Part shown: positions 40,277 to 49,993 of the stretch, in pieces
Numbering within the stretch: the stretch's first letter is position 1
How the letters are laid out: every line of letters starts with the position of its first letter
Assembly: GCA_038227635.1 (NCBI GenBank)
Contig: JBBRPT010000006.1
Span: 1-64,000, forward strand
Direction of reading: 5' to 3'
From: Leptolyngbyales cyanobacterium
GTDB lineage: Bacteria > Cyanobacteriota > Cyanobacteriia > Leptolyngbyales > Leptolyngbyaceae
DNA length: 64,000 nucleotides
Position numbers and translations under genes: made by a program
The notes under the pieces: generated by a model
Seen by the model: the letters and a program-made list of their open reading frames with translations, nothing else
The model's database searches: none
What the model was told of the DNA's origin: nothing

Positions 40277-40528
40277 TCAAATCGTCAGACTAAACGCTAC
40301 TCGATTGATGAATAATCCAATCACCACATCGGGCATCACGACCGACTTGGAAAAACAAATCGTTTTGCGAGCCATAGCGCTTCGCTCCGTCAAAGGCGTG
40401 CGCTTAATTCGCGTTCGCAACGTTAAGTGCTTTCGCTCAATCTTCTGAGTGTTGCGCTTTCCAACTGTATGGAACATGGGAGCGATCTGCCGTTCATAAG
40501 CACCCCACCCATCGCTGTAGAACTGCAT
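40277..40528 (-). pseudogene. IS1-family transposase (InsB) C-terminal remnant
   Basis: SDGWGAYE...GKRNTQKIERKHLTLRTRIKR...RKTICFSKSVVMPDVVIG matches InsB TDGWQAY...GKRYTQRIERHNLNLRQ...SFSKSVELHDKVIG. Confidence 0.65.
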
Positions 40529-40557
40529 AATCCAAAAGTAACAACATATCTAGAACA

Positions 40558-41340
40558 TTGCCGAGTGACCCGACCGAAGACGCAGCAACGCCCAATCCGT
40601 GGGTGCGAGTGCTCAACGGCAAACGAGGACTCCACATCGTCGTGCTCTACCTGATCCTGGGTTCGTGGCAGGTGCCCTGGAGTTTCTGTATCTGGCATGG
40701 CAAGGGCACTGCGAGTCCCCCTCAACTCGCCTGTAAACTCCTGGCTCATGTGCCCAAGACCCTCACGAAACGGTTTACGGTCATTGTTCTGGCAGATACC
40801 GAGTTGGGCACCGTGGAGTTTCTCACAGCCGTGCGAAAACGGCACTGGCGAGCGGTCGTTGGAATGCGCTGCACTCGTCTGATGGACACGGGCAAGCCCC
40901 TCAAGTCGCTTTACCGTCGTGGAACCCGAGAACAACAGGTACGACTCGTAGGTATGGAGATGCCGTTGACCGTCTCCTGGTTTTGGCTCAAACGCAGCGA
41001 GGGCAAGCGAGAACTGCGGTTTGTCGTCCCCACCCCCTATTCTGGCAGGGCTAATTTAAGGTCGAGAAAGAAAATCTATACCCTTTATCTTGCGTCGAGG
41101 CATTATTTGATGCTGAACGAAGACTCAAGCCTGTGGATTTTATCTGGTGACAACTAATCAGCCCTGCCTACTCTGGGGTCTACCTCGTGCGGTTAGGACG
41201 ACAACGGTGAACCATTGAGGGCTTCTTCAAAACCAGCAAACATCGCTTTGGCTAGCATAGCTTTGGACAGAAGACTCGGTTGGGCATCTATCGCTGGTTG
41301 ATTCTCTCCCTCATTGCTTACCTGCTTGCCCATTGGGTCT
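40558..41340 (+). pseudogene. IS4/IS701-like DDE transposase remnant (stop and frameshift interrupted)
   Basis: IVLADTELGTVEFLTAVRKRHWRAVVGMR. Downstream, in another frame, is IEGFFKTSKHRFG(stop)HSFGQKTRLGIYRWLILSLIAYLLAHW, a typical DDE_Tnp_1 C-terminus. Confidence 0.5.
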
Positions 41341-41912
41341 CTCGAACCTTCCCAAACTGAGCACCGCTGGATTGGGGGAAGTCAGTGCCCAAGCGATTGC
41401 AGAACTCTTGCCTCAAGTCCTATGGATCAAGCTATTGCATCAGATTCAAAAGTACCGGAAACTTGCGGATGATCTAGGGTTTGAAATCCTCGTCAAGCCC
41501 CTCCTCTTACCTTATTGAGACTGGTGCAAGATGTGAGTCAACACATATGCCTGTGAATAACCTACTGATAAGTTGGTTTGAAAGATTGTTGAAGTCACGG
41601 CAATATAAGCTATTGTCACCTTGAGTGGAACCTGCTGAATGATGCTGCCGACGTTTGGCAGAGGTGCATCTTTTGTGGTCAAATAGCGATCGCATTACAC
41701 AGAGTTTGATTCAGAGCTGGTGCCGCTTAGAGCAACCGTGAGCACTGATTAGCCCGGGAGTACCATACTCTGCAAAGCGGGATGGGAATTCAGTTTTAGG
41801 TCAGTCCCTAGACTATCAAAGACAGTGGATTTCGCCCAACATTCAAGCTTTAATTCTGACACTTTCAAACCCGCAACCAGTTGAATGCGATTGGCACAGA
41901 TCGTTCGTCACT

Positions 41913-42668
41913 CTAAAAAGCGTTGGACACAACCGATTGTTCAACCTTCGATACCAACCGCAGCAAATTTTCCCCTAGAACTAGGGTTTCTTTTACCGGA
42001 GATAATCCAAGCAATCGAATTTTTTGGAGTTCAAGGGCAGGATGTAACCAAGGACCATCAGTGCCAAACAATACTTTGTGAGCACCTCCTCTTTGGACTG
42101 CTTGTGCTAAGTAATCAAACCGACGTACACCGGATGTATCGGTATAAACATTAGGAAAGCGAACAATTTGATCAATTACACGGATATGAGCCGTCCAGTC
42201 GTCTGCAAAGCTTCCTAAGTGAGGAATAATAAAGTTCACGTCAGGATATTGAGCTGCCAGCAAATCAATAATTTCAGTCTTGCCAGCGGGGTCATAAAGC
42301 AGCGGTAACCGAAACCTTTGAGCAACCTCGCAAAGTTCACGAGTGGCGGGGGCATCCAGTCGATGGGCTTTGATTCCGCAAAATCCCCATTGAATTACGG
42401 CTTGTTTAACGATCGTATGAACCCGTCCGCGATCGCGCTGAGCATGAACAAAGGCAAATCCCAAAAAACGCCCTGGATATCTGGCAATAATCCGAGCGGT
42501 ATTGGCATTCGCCTGAGCGTAATCGCTATGAAACGGAGCAAAGATCACAGTTTTATAAATGCCCACCGCTTGTGCCCGTTTCAAATACGTTGCGATCGGT
42601 GCATCGGTATCCCAAGGACCGGTTAACAAGTCGCCTTTTCCAGCATGGCAATGGCAATCGATAATCAT
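41913..42668 (-). CDS. Amidohydrolase-2 family (TIM-barrel metal-dependent hydrolase)
   Basis: N-terminal IIDCHCHAG metal-binding motif. 251 aa. 4-nt overlap with the upstream M20 gene. Confidence 0.72.
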   Translation of the reverse strand: MIIDCHCHAGKGDLLTGPWDTDAPIATYLKRAQAVGIYKTVIFAPFHSDYAQANANTARIIARYPGRFLGFAFVHAQRDRGRVHTIVKQAVIQWGFCGIKAHRLDAPATRELCEVAQRFRLPLLYDPAGKTEIIDLLAAQYPDVNFIIPHLGSFADDWTAHIRVIDQIVRFPNVYTDTSGVRRFDYLAQAVQRGGAHKVLFGTDGPWLHPALELQKIRLLGLSPVKETLVLGENLLRLVSKVEQSVVSNAF

Positions 42669-44074
42669 TGTGTATACTCCGCAAAGAAGCGAATTACAGT
42701 CTCAATACCGTGAAAGAAGTTCGGTAAACTCATCTTTTCGTTGGGAGCGTGAATATCATCATCCGGTAATCCGAATCCCAGCAGCACGATCGGCACTTGC
42801 AGCCGTCGATGGAGGTGTTCGACTAGGGGAATTGAGCCGCCGCTGCGAGTGAACACAGGGGGAATGCCCCAAGTTTGCTCAACCGCTCGAATGGCAGCCT
42901 GCATCACTGCACTCTTTTGAGGCAACAAAACCGGACGCGATCTGCCCGTAATTTTTAAGCGGCTACGGATTGCGGGATGACTCAAGGATTTCAGATGGTG
43001 TTCCAGCAGTTGGGCAATTTCGGTGGGTTCTTGATCCGGAACCAGTCGCAGACTCAATCGAGCAATTCCTCGACTGGGAATGACCGATTTCGCACCTGCG
43101 CCTGTGTAACCACCCGCTAATCCATTAATCGTCAAGGCTGGGCGACTGGTCATGCGCTCAAACAAGTCGTAGCCAGGTTCACCCCAGCCCAAGGGCACAT
43201 CAAGGTCAGCTAAGATTTGCTGGTTGCGTTTACAGGCGCAGCGAAGTTGTTGTCGTTCTGTTGGTTGGAGGTCTCGAACCTGCTGATAGAAACCAGGAAT
43301 CGCCACTTTTCCGGTGCGATCGTGCAGTCCTGCAATCATTTCGCTCAAGGCTTGCAGGGGATTCAGCACGGCTCCTCCATATCGCCCAGAGTGCAGATCG
43401 TGCTTGGGTCCGCGCACTTCTAGTTCACAGTTGAGATTGCCGCGCAGTCCATAGATGATTGAGGGTCTGCCGCGTCCTAGCATCTCGGTGTCAGAGACCA
43501 AGACCGCATTAGCTTGAAGTCGTTGCACTTGTCGATCGAGAAACGCAGCTAAGTTCGGACTATTGATTTCCTCTTCCCCTTCTAGCCACACTTTGACATT
43601 GATCGGCAAGGTTCCAGTTGTTCGCAAGTAGCTCTCGATCGCTTTTAAGTGGATAAATAACTGTCCTTTGTCGTCGCTGGCTCCACGAGCAAACAAGCTG
43701 TCTCCCACTATGGTCGCTTTGAACGGATGCGATCGCCATTCATCGATTGGATCAACAAGCTGTACATCATAATGCCCATATAGCAATAACGTTGGCTTTC
43801 CGGTTGCCATTAACCAATCTGCATAGACACTGGGTGCGCCGCCATTCACGCTTGGAATCACTTGAACACGATGCAGACCAATTTCTGCTAAGTGTTGCGC
43901 TAACCACTGGGCACAGGCTTTGATGTCTTTTCGGTGCTGAGGAAGTGCAGAAATAGTAGGGAAAGCGATCAGTTCAGACAGTTGGGAGAGCCAGCGCGAT
44001 CGCATTTCTGGTTGCTGGCTGTAGAGCAGGGGTGCAATTGCTGCTGGTGAAGAGACAAGCATCGCTTTCGCCAA
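42665..44074 (-). CDS. M20 family metallopeptidase (dipeptidase / ArgE-DapE-like)
   Basis: LLLYGHYDVQ...GASDDKGQ motifs. 469 aa. Confidence 0.85.
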   Translation of the reverse strand: MAKAMLVSSPAAIAPLLYSQQPEMRSRWLSQLSELIAFPTISALPQHRKDIKACAQWLAQHLAEIGLHRVQVIPSVNGGAPSVYADWLMATGKPTLLLYGHYDVQLVDPIDEWRSHPFKATIVGDSLFARGASDDKGQLFIHLKAIESYLRTTGTLPINVKVWLEGEEEINSPNLAAFLDRQVQRLQANAVLVSDTEMLGRGRPSIIYGLRGNLNCELEVRGPKHDLHSGRYGGAVLNPLQALSEMIAGLHDRTGKVAIPGFYQQVRDLQPTERQQLRCACKRNQQILADLDVPLGWGEPGYDLFERMTSRPALTINGLAGGYTGAGAKSVIPSRGIARLSLRLVPDQEPTEIAQLLEHHLKSLSHPAIRSRLKITGRSRPVLLPQKSAVMQAAIRAVEQTWGIPPVFTRSGGSIPLVEHLHRRLQVPIVLLGFGLPDDDIHAPNEKMSLPNFFHGIETVIRFFAEYTQ

Positions 44075-44137
44075 GAGTTAACTTTACTGTGAACAATCAC
44101 TGTTATGTCAATCGTCTACTCGGAATTGTCGAGATCA

Positions 44138-45265
44138 TTAAAGAGGTCGATCTAGATTTGGATAGTCTCGATCAAGGTTCCAATCGCACTGACCCCGGTA
44201 ACAACCTGTGCCAACAGCGATTAGCATCCGCCGGTGCTGTCGTTCCTCTTTCAGCTTGTTCCCCGCCCGATTTGCAGCTTCATTGGCGATCGCAATTAAC
44301 TTCTCCTGCTCAGAGGACAATCCTCGGATTCGAGCCATAAACGCCTGCTCTTTTTTACGACCCAAACCATCGCCTGTATGAACATCAAAGATCATCGACA
44401 GCCCCCGAATCGTTCGTAATCCGAGTCGTCGAGTGATGGCTACGCAGGTTGTGATTCTGCCGCTCACGTCTTCTATTTGCAGACGACAGTAATCTGGATC
44501 GGAACACAGGCGAAGTAAGGTACTACTCCAGCGAAAACAAAGCTTTTCAGCACTTGCTTGTCGCACTGCATCCCTAGGTGGCAAAGCAATCAGGTTCTTC
44601 AACTTCTCGGTATCTGCTCCGAAGAACTCTCGTAACCGCCCAGTTTGACGCTCAAATTTTGTGAGCATTGCTTGTAGAGTCCCAGCCGCTAGATTCCACT
44701 GAATCATGCCCATCGAGATGCCATCGACCTCAGACACCCGACACCCAAACTCTCTGTTGTTTTCAAACCGAGTGGTAATTCTCAAAGCAATCAACTCAGC
44801 TTCGCTTAGTTTCGTTGGAGGCAGACACGCTACTTGCCCACCAACATTACAACTCCGTTTACGCTTGCGGGAGCGCTCTGCAATAAAATTGGCAGCATCT
44901 CTCACTTGTCCAGTTCTCTGTAAGTCACCCACCGGAGGCGGCAAAACCCTTGTGATAACAACTTTACGAGCGTAATCAATCCGAGGTATATTCACCATTG
45001 ACAAGAATGGAGTACGATTTGTCCACAAAGCATCGAGTGTTTGAGGTGCTAAACCATCGAGCACACGCAGCATTTCGTACATATTCAAGCCATTCAAGTT
45101 GAGATAAGCACTTCTCCAATCACTGACTCGTACAGCACTCTCAAAAGCTCGACGAACTGAGCTAGGTGTATATTCAAACTCTAGTAGTTTCCATTCTGCT
45201 TCTAATGGTTGATCGCGATATCTAACTGAAACGGGTTCAAATAGCCATTGTGTGGTTCGACTCAT
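44138..45265 (-). CDS. Uncharacterised protein G of the minus-strand block; N-terminal motif MSRTTQWLFEPVS
   Basis: About 375 aa from the ATG at 45265. No confident domain; the FGCRVSEVDGISMGMIQW segment suggests a possible glycoside-hydrolase/lysozyme-like region. Confidence 0.5.
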   Translation of the reverse strand: MSRTTQWLFEPVSVRYRDQPLEAEWKLLEFEYTPSSVRRAFESAVRVSDWRSAYLNLNGLNMYEMLRVLDGLAPQTLDALWTNRTPFLSMVNIPRIDYARKVVITRVLPPPVGDLQRTGQVRDAANFIAERSRKRKRSCNVGGQVACLPPTKLSEAELIALRITTRFENNREFGCRVSEVDGISMGMIQWNLAAGTLQAMLTKFERQTGRLREFFGADTEKLKNLIALPPRDAVRQASAEKLCFRWSSTLLRLCSDPDYCRLQIEDVSGRITTCVAITRRLGLRTIRGLSMIFDVHTGDGLGRKKEQAFMARIRGLSSEQEKLIAIANEAANRAGNKLKEERQHRRMLIAVGTGCYRGQCDWNLDRDYPNLDRPL

Positions 45266-45293
45266 GGTTTTATTAGCTCGAAAATAGAATAAT

Positions 45294-46178
45294 TCACAGC
45301 GATCTAGAAGCAATGATCGTGAATAAGGCATTAAAGAGCCTGTTCAAAGTGTCGCGGTTCTTGAGAGATTGTTCTGTTAAATCGCCCCCCTTTGCCCGGC
45401 GAGCGAACTCTAACAGAAAGCGCCGAGTGACTTGATCGAACTCGCCAGTTTCTGAAATGCTTGCTCCTAATAGACTGTTCAGCGATTCTTGAACAAAGAC
45501 TAGTGTTGATTTTTGCAGCGGATTTCGAGGTCGTCCCCGATTCATGTCACAGTGAAAATGATCGCGGTGATCGGAGCGGTGATAGTCGATCACAGTAGTA
45601 AAAGAGAGCCTGAGACAGGCATTCATGCGGCGCAAGATTGCTCTTTCTGCCGGATTGCGGAAGTTATGAACGATCGTTTCTCGATTGGAGCTAGAAGAGA
45701 TGCCCGATTGTTGCCAGCGCAGCCCAGCAATGTCGATCGCATCGCCAAAAGAATGATTGCTCAATGTGTCTGTGTTACTGATACATCGACATAGATAAGA
45801 GCCGAGGGTTAGAATCGCTTCGATCGGTAAGCCAAATTGAGTCATATTGTTAACAAAGGTACTCAACGCTGTTTCAACTGATGGAATAAACCGCTGCGTT
45901 CTAGGGCGCAATCGCTTGCTTACCACAATCAAGGGTGTGCTTGGATCTTTCCGAACTGCATCTACATACTCAAAAGGGATACCATTTACGGCTTGGACAC
46001 ACAGCAAATTTGGAATAGCTGGACAAACTTTAGGCGTTTTACAGCGTAGCTTTGTTGTGCTGGCAGCTTCAGAACAAGTGCGACGGGCTGAAGTCGGAAC
46101 TAGCTCCCATTCAGTTTCGCCAAGCCACCCATCGGTTCGAGTCGGTATTTCAAACTGCAAAGGATTTTGCTGCCTCAT
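45294..46178 (-). CDS. Peptidase M15-like (LAS zinc D,D/L,D-peptidase) protein H; N-terminal MRQQNPLQFEIP
   Basis: SNHSFGDAIDI matches the M15 SxHxxGxAxD zinc-binding motif. DHRDHFHCD matches the second His motif. The ATG overlaps the TGA of upstream gene F (ATGA). Confidence 0.6.
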   Translation of the reverse strand: MRQQNPLQFEIPTRTDGWLGETEWELVPTSARRTCSEAASTTKLRCKTPKVCPAIPNLLCVQAVNGIPFEYVDAVRKDPSTPLIVVSKRLRPRTQRFIPSVETALSTFVNNMTQFGLPIEAILTLGSYLCRCISNTDTLSNHSFGDAIDIAGLRWQQSGISSSSNRETIVHNFRNPAERAILRRMNACLRLSFTTVIDYHRSDHRDHFHCDMNRGRPRNPLQKSTLVFVQESLNSLLGASISETGEFDQVTRRFLLEFARRAKGGDLTEQSLKNRDTLNRLFNALFTIIASRSL

Positions 46179-47125
46179 CGGGTCACCTCTGTTGAGTTCT
46201 TCAGAAATGGAGTCGCTTTGATACGGGTTTCCCAATAAGTAATCGGGACTCTGTTGTGATCGCCTGTTGTTGATCGATTTACCGAGACGTTAGAGAGTTT
46301 TTGCCGCTTTGCATATATTTGTAAACTGGTTGCCAGAGGTGCAGTTTGACTGTTGGCAATGTAGTAAATGAAGAGATTACTGGTGGGATTCCGCTTTGCC
46401 CAACTTCCCCAGCCCGTATCATCTCCAGTGTTATACGTACAATCAAATCCCCAGCATTCACGGATTTTGCTTGCATAAGTAGCTTTAGAAAGCGCGATCG
46501 TTCTCATCGGTAAACCGCCCCCTGAATGACAGGCAAGAATCAGATTACCAAGGCTGAGCGGTTGATCAAACTGCATGGAAGGCGCGTAATACGTCCGAAT
46601 TGCTGCTAACACCTGATCAATGTAAGCATCGAAGCCACTGGCTTGAGTGAGATTGCCGGATTCCGATCGCGACCCTAAAGTTGGAGCGACGAGAATAGCA
46701 TTTTTACTGCTGGCATTGACTCCTTCTCGAAATGCAAAGAACGGATAGAACTGTCGATTCCAATATTGGTCGATCGTCAAGTTCGTTGGATAGTAGCCAG
46801 GAGCCGGAGATCGACCGCGCTGAACTGGAGTGCGATGATGACCCTGGAGGTAGAGAATCAGATCGACCTGAGGTGTAAACCGATAGTTAGCAGGCAGAAA
46901 AACCCCGGTCATGGGTTGCGGACAGACTTTAGTGCGATCGCGCTTTGTGCTACATCCAAGATTGATGTTGAGATAGAGAGTTGAGAAGAGGGGTTGAGAT
47001 TCTGACCGAATCAAGGATGGAGCAGCTTGAGTCGGAGATTCAAATAGCCCATTCTGCTCAAAGTTTAGATAAGAAGTCGGGCTGCGTGAAGGAGCCTCGA
47101 ACATCCACTGAGTTGAACGATTCAT
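46175..47125 (-). CDS. Putative alpha/beta-hydrolase-like protein F; N-terminal MNRSTQWMFEAPS
   Basis: ILACHSGGG is a nucleophile-elbow-like Sm-x-S-x-Sm. GGAG sits 9 nt upstream of the start. Confidence 0.5.
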   Translation of the reverse strand: MNRSTQWMFEAPSRSPTSYLNFEQNGLFESPTQAAPSLIRSESQPLFSTLYLNINLGCSTKRDRTKVCPQPMTGVFLPANYRFTPQVDLILYLQGHHRTPVQRGRSPAPGYYPTNLTIDQYWNRQFYPFFAFREGVNASSKNAILVAPTLGSRSESGNLTQASGFDAYIDQVLAAIRTYYAPSMQFDQPLSLGNLILACHSGGGLPMRTIALSKATYASKIRECWGFDCTYNTGDDTGWGSWAKRNPTSNLFIYYIANSQTAPLATSLQIYAKRQKLSNVSVNRSTTGDHNRVPITYWETRIKATPFLKNSTEVTR

Positions 47126-47154
47126 ACAGTACTCCTAGCGAGGATAGATGAGTT

Positions 47155-48048
47155 CTATCTCATGACATTTGGGGCAGGCATCATCCCGTTCGATCGTGCA
47201 AATACCGGATCGGGTCGTGTTCCACGAGGAGGAGGACCTGGCTGGTAAATATTGCGCGGGGGTGGAGTGGGACGGCTGATCCGCATTCCTTCTTCGCTGG
47301 AGATCCATTCTTCAGAGTATTCGGCGATGCGGTAGAGCAACGCTTCAAAGTCAGTGCGGTTCTTCTTGAGGACGAAGGGTTCGGCTAACCAACGGATGAT
47401 TTCTCGTCCAGCAACCGCCATCCGGTTCATCGTACTGGCGTGAACGGATTGACCAAAGTATTGCCACAAAACTAGTTCAATCATTTCCCAGGCATTAGCA
47501 GCCCCAAACTGGGCGCGAACATCGGGAGCATCTAGAACCTTAAAGGCTTCCGCTAATGCTTGACTGGTTTCTACCCGCAGCACATTGATATAGCCGTAAG
47601 AAGAGTTCTTCAAGTTGTTGCGTAAATCGAGTCCGGTTCGACGGACGATCGCCATGGAACCAAAGGTCGGATCAGTGGCATTTTGGCGAATCACTTCGCT
47701 AATTCGTTTGTCGCGCCAGAACTTTGCGGTTTCGCTGATAAAGTGAGTGAAAAGTCCATGAAACTCTGGATTGGCACGAGCGCCCGGTCCCGGATCGCGC
47801 CCATAGCCTAAGACCCGCGTATAGGCCCGACGGCGATCGCCCTGTTGGTAGCGCAAAAGGTTGTGCTTATCAAAGCGGTAGAGTCCGTAAGCCCCTTCGC
47901 CGCTGGAAATTCGCAAGGTTCCGGCTCGGAATAGCTCTTGCAACTTGTGCATCACTTTAAACACACCCAAAAATTCATGGATAGCGATGTAGTAGAGGTC
48001 GCCTGCCGCAAGGATGCGATCGCTGGTCACCGTATCGTCGTAATCCAC
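47155..48048 (-). CDS. Uncharacterised protein E (GTG start; probably the 3' part of a frameshifted longer gene)
   Basis: The frame stays open upstream to 48120 without an ATG (..GGLADLIGLGNTAPTNLGATQVSSGIVDYDD). ORF 48117..48311 ends in a G5 run where one extra G would fuse the two frames. Confidence 0.5.
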   Translation of the reverse strand: MDYDDTVTSDRILAAGDLYYIAIHEFLGVFKVMHKLQELFRAGTLRISSGEGAYGLYRFDKHNLLRYQQGDRRRAYTRVLGYGRDPGPGARANPEFHGLFTHFISETAKFWRDKRISEVIRQNATDPTFGSMAIVRRTGLDLRNNLKNSSYGYINVLRVETSQALAEAFKVLDAPDVRAQFGAANAWEMIELVLWQYFGQSVHASTMNRMAVAGREIIRWLAEPFVLKKNRTDFEALLYRIAEYSEEWISSEEGMRISRPTPPPRNIYQPGPPPRGTRPDPVFARSNGMMPAPNVMR

Positions 48049-48116
48049 AATGCCGCTGGAAACCTGGGTTGCTCCTAAATTGGTGGGTGCCGTGTTGCCT
48101 AACCCGATCAGGTCGG

Positions 48117-48311
48117 CTAGTCCCCCATCCGGCGGAACGCCTTTGCCATTTGGGCTTCATCAAATTTGCGAACCTGATCATCCACCGTTCGGTTCAGCAC
48201 TTCTGCCAATTGAGGATTGGCAACCAACTCTGGACCCAGTTGTTCAATGGTGTTTTGCAGGAGCGCAGCAATACGATCGTTGCGCTGGTCGTAATCTCTG
48301 GTGTTCGGCAT
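48117..48311 (-). CDS. Small ORF E-prime (64 aa), likely the N-terminal part of protein E separated by a homopolymer frameshift
   Basis: MPNTRDYDQRNDRIAALLQ...AFRRMGD, followed by a stop within GGGGGAC TAG. Confidence 0.4.
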   Translation of the reverse strand: MPNTRDYDQRNDRIAALLQNTIEQLGPELVANPQLAEVLNRTVDDQVRKFDEAQMAKAFRRMGD

Positions 48312-48424
48312 ACGTTTGTTCCTATTCCTGATCTAAATATCTCTGAGTGCTGCTGAGGGAAGGGCATCGCGATCGCCAACCGGATCACCATGCGAAGCCT
48401 TAATTGTTTCGGTTCACGATTGCT

Positions 48425-49954
48425 CTAACTCTCCCCAGGTGGACTAGTCGGGGGAACCGTGCTACCCACTCCCAGATCTGCCAGTGTATCGAGTTGGAAG
48501 AGCAACTCACTCAAGGTTTGCTGCACCCGCTCAAAAGACAGCACTCTGTCTAGCAGTAAGCCCTTGGAGGGGTCGCTTTTAAGGGTGGACAAGACAATCC
48601 CAATCACCCAGAACAAGGTATCTGCCTGGTCGGTGACAAAATCTAAGCCAAACTGACCTGAAGCGGACAAGATAGATGGCGCTTCCAGGGTGGCAAACCG
48701 CTCAACCCACTCGTTGAAATCATTGACGGTGATGTCCGGTAGCAGCAAGCTAAACGTGGTGGGACTGGAGAACAACGACAGGCTGATGTCGATCGCGTTG
48801 GGAGAGTTGATCGCGTTGGAAGGGTTAGGTCTCGTCCGAGGAGATCCTAAGATCGAGAACAGTGCGGTATCCGATCGCCGCTCGCTGGCAGTAAATCCGA
48901 TCGAATCCATTGCCGCCATCAGGCTAGTATTGCTATCTGAAATCACGGGCAACATGATGTAAGACCGCGACAGCCGCTCACTATAGCGCCCTGTTACGTT
49001 TGTCTCCACGTCATTGGTTACAGCGAACTGCTCAAAAATTGTTCTTAATGTACCTGCATAGTTTTTCAGTAACTCAAAGCCTGCAACTTGTGTTTCGTCT
49101 GACAGTGTGACTGGGAAAACCTCTGTGCCGTTTCTTTGCCCTCGGAATCCACCCCGATCGACCAACCGTGCTTGTTCGCCCAATTGAATAATCGAACCAT
49201 CTAGCGTGTTGAGATACGTTTCCACCCGTTCTCGACGGGGTTCATCAATGCGTCCAAATTCATCAACTAAAGTGTTGATTTGCGATCGAATCAACGCCCG
49301 TAATGCTTCCACCGCATCAATATCCGCTATGGGATCAAAGGGTTGCAGTGCCTCCAAAACCCGCAGGGCATCTGCCGCAATAATGCTTGTCTGACGATAG
49401 AGATTTGCCTGTTCCACAGACAACTGACCCACGCCACTGCTATTCGGTGGTGCTGACCTGTAACCGGCGGCTGCATCATTGCCGAGACTGTCAGGTGAAT
49501 AGTAGCCGTTGCCCACGGTGGAGTAATTGCCGCTTCCGTTCAGGGAAACGATACTGCGAGTGGGCGTCATCATCACTTTGCCATGAGCATCCGTTGGGAA
49601 AGCACTGTTCAAGGCATTAACAAATCCATCATATCCGCGTCCCGGTGTTCGCCCTAAAACCTGAGTCAGCGCCCGTTCTACCTGCTGAGTTAAGGCATTT
49701 GCGTTTCCACTGGCACTAGAGCGAGAGGAGCCATTGTCGTAGATGGTCGGTTCATTGCCTGCCGATCGTCCTAAGATTTGGGCAATTTGAGCCAACTGCT
49801 TGGGAATGGCTTCTGTAAGCTGTGGCTGTAAAAAAAGGCTGTTCAGGAGAACCTGACGCATTTCTTGCAATTGGTCTCTTTGTCGTAGATTCTGAAGCTG
49901 CCCATCGTTGAGCACCTCACCGTTGATCAGCGTTCCGAAAACTGGAAAAGCCAT
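48425..49954 (-). CDS. Uncharacterised protein D (509 aa)
   Basis: Long ORF co-oriented within the block. Gly/Ser/Asn-rich central region. No motif recognised. Confidence 0.55.
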   Translation of the reverse strand: MAFPVFGTLINGEVLNDGQLQNLRQRDQLQEMRQVLLNSLFLQPQLTEAIPKQLAQIAQILGRSAGNEPTIYDNGSSRSSASGNANALTQQVERALTQVLGRTPGRGYDGFVNALNSAFPTDAHGKVMMTPTRSIVSLNGSGNYSTVGNGYYSPDSLGNDAAAGYRSAPPNSSGVGQLSVEQANLYRQTSIIAADALRVLEALQPFDPIADIDAVEALRALIRSQINTLVDEFGRIDEPRRERVETYLNTLDGSIIQLGEQARLVDRGGFRGQRNGTEVFPVTLSDETQVAGFELLKNYAGTLRTIFEQFAVTNDVETNVTGRYSERLSRSYIMLPVISDSNTSLMAAMDSIGFTASERRSDTALFSILGSPRTRPNPSNAINSPNAIDISLSLFSSPTTFSLLLPDITVNDFNEWVERFATLEAPSILSASGQFGLDFVTDQADTLFWVIGIVLSTLKSDPSKGLLLDRVLSFERVQQTLSELLFQLDTLADLGVGSTVPPTSPPGES

Positions 49955-49993
49955 TGTTACTAACCTCTGCTGATGTATAGAGTCATCGTTCTG

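Noticed and set aside
40423-40935. 170-aa minus-strand ORF
   Set aside because: It overlaps the IS4/IS701-like transposase remnant on the opposite strand, and no motif was recognised.
44138-45331. Longer version of gene G starting at 45331 (MPYSRSLLLDRCELFYFRANKT...)
   Set aside because: That start would overlap gene H by 38 nt. The internal ATG at 45265 yields the conserved MSRTTQWLFEP N-terminus shared with sibling proteins and leaves a normal 28-nt spacer.
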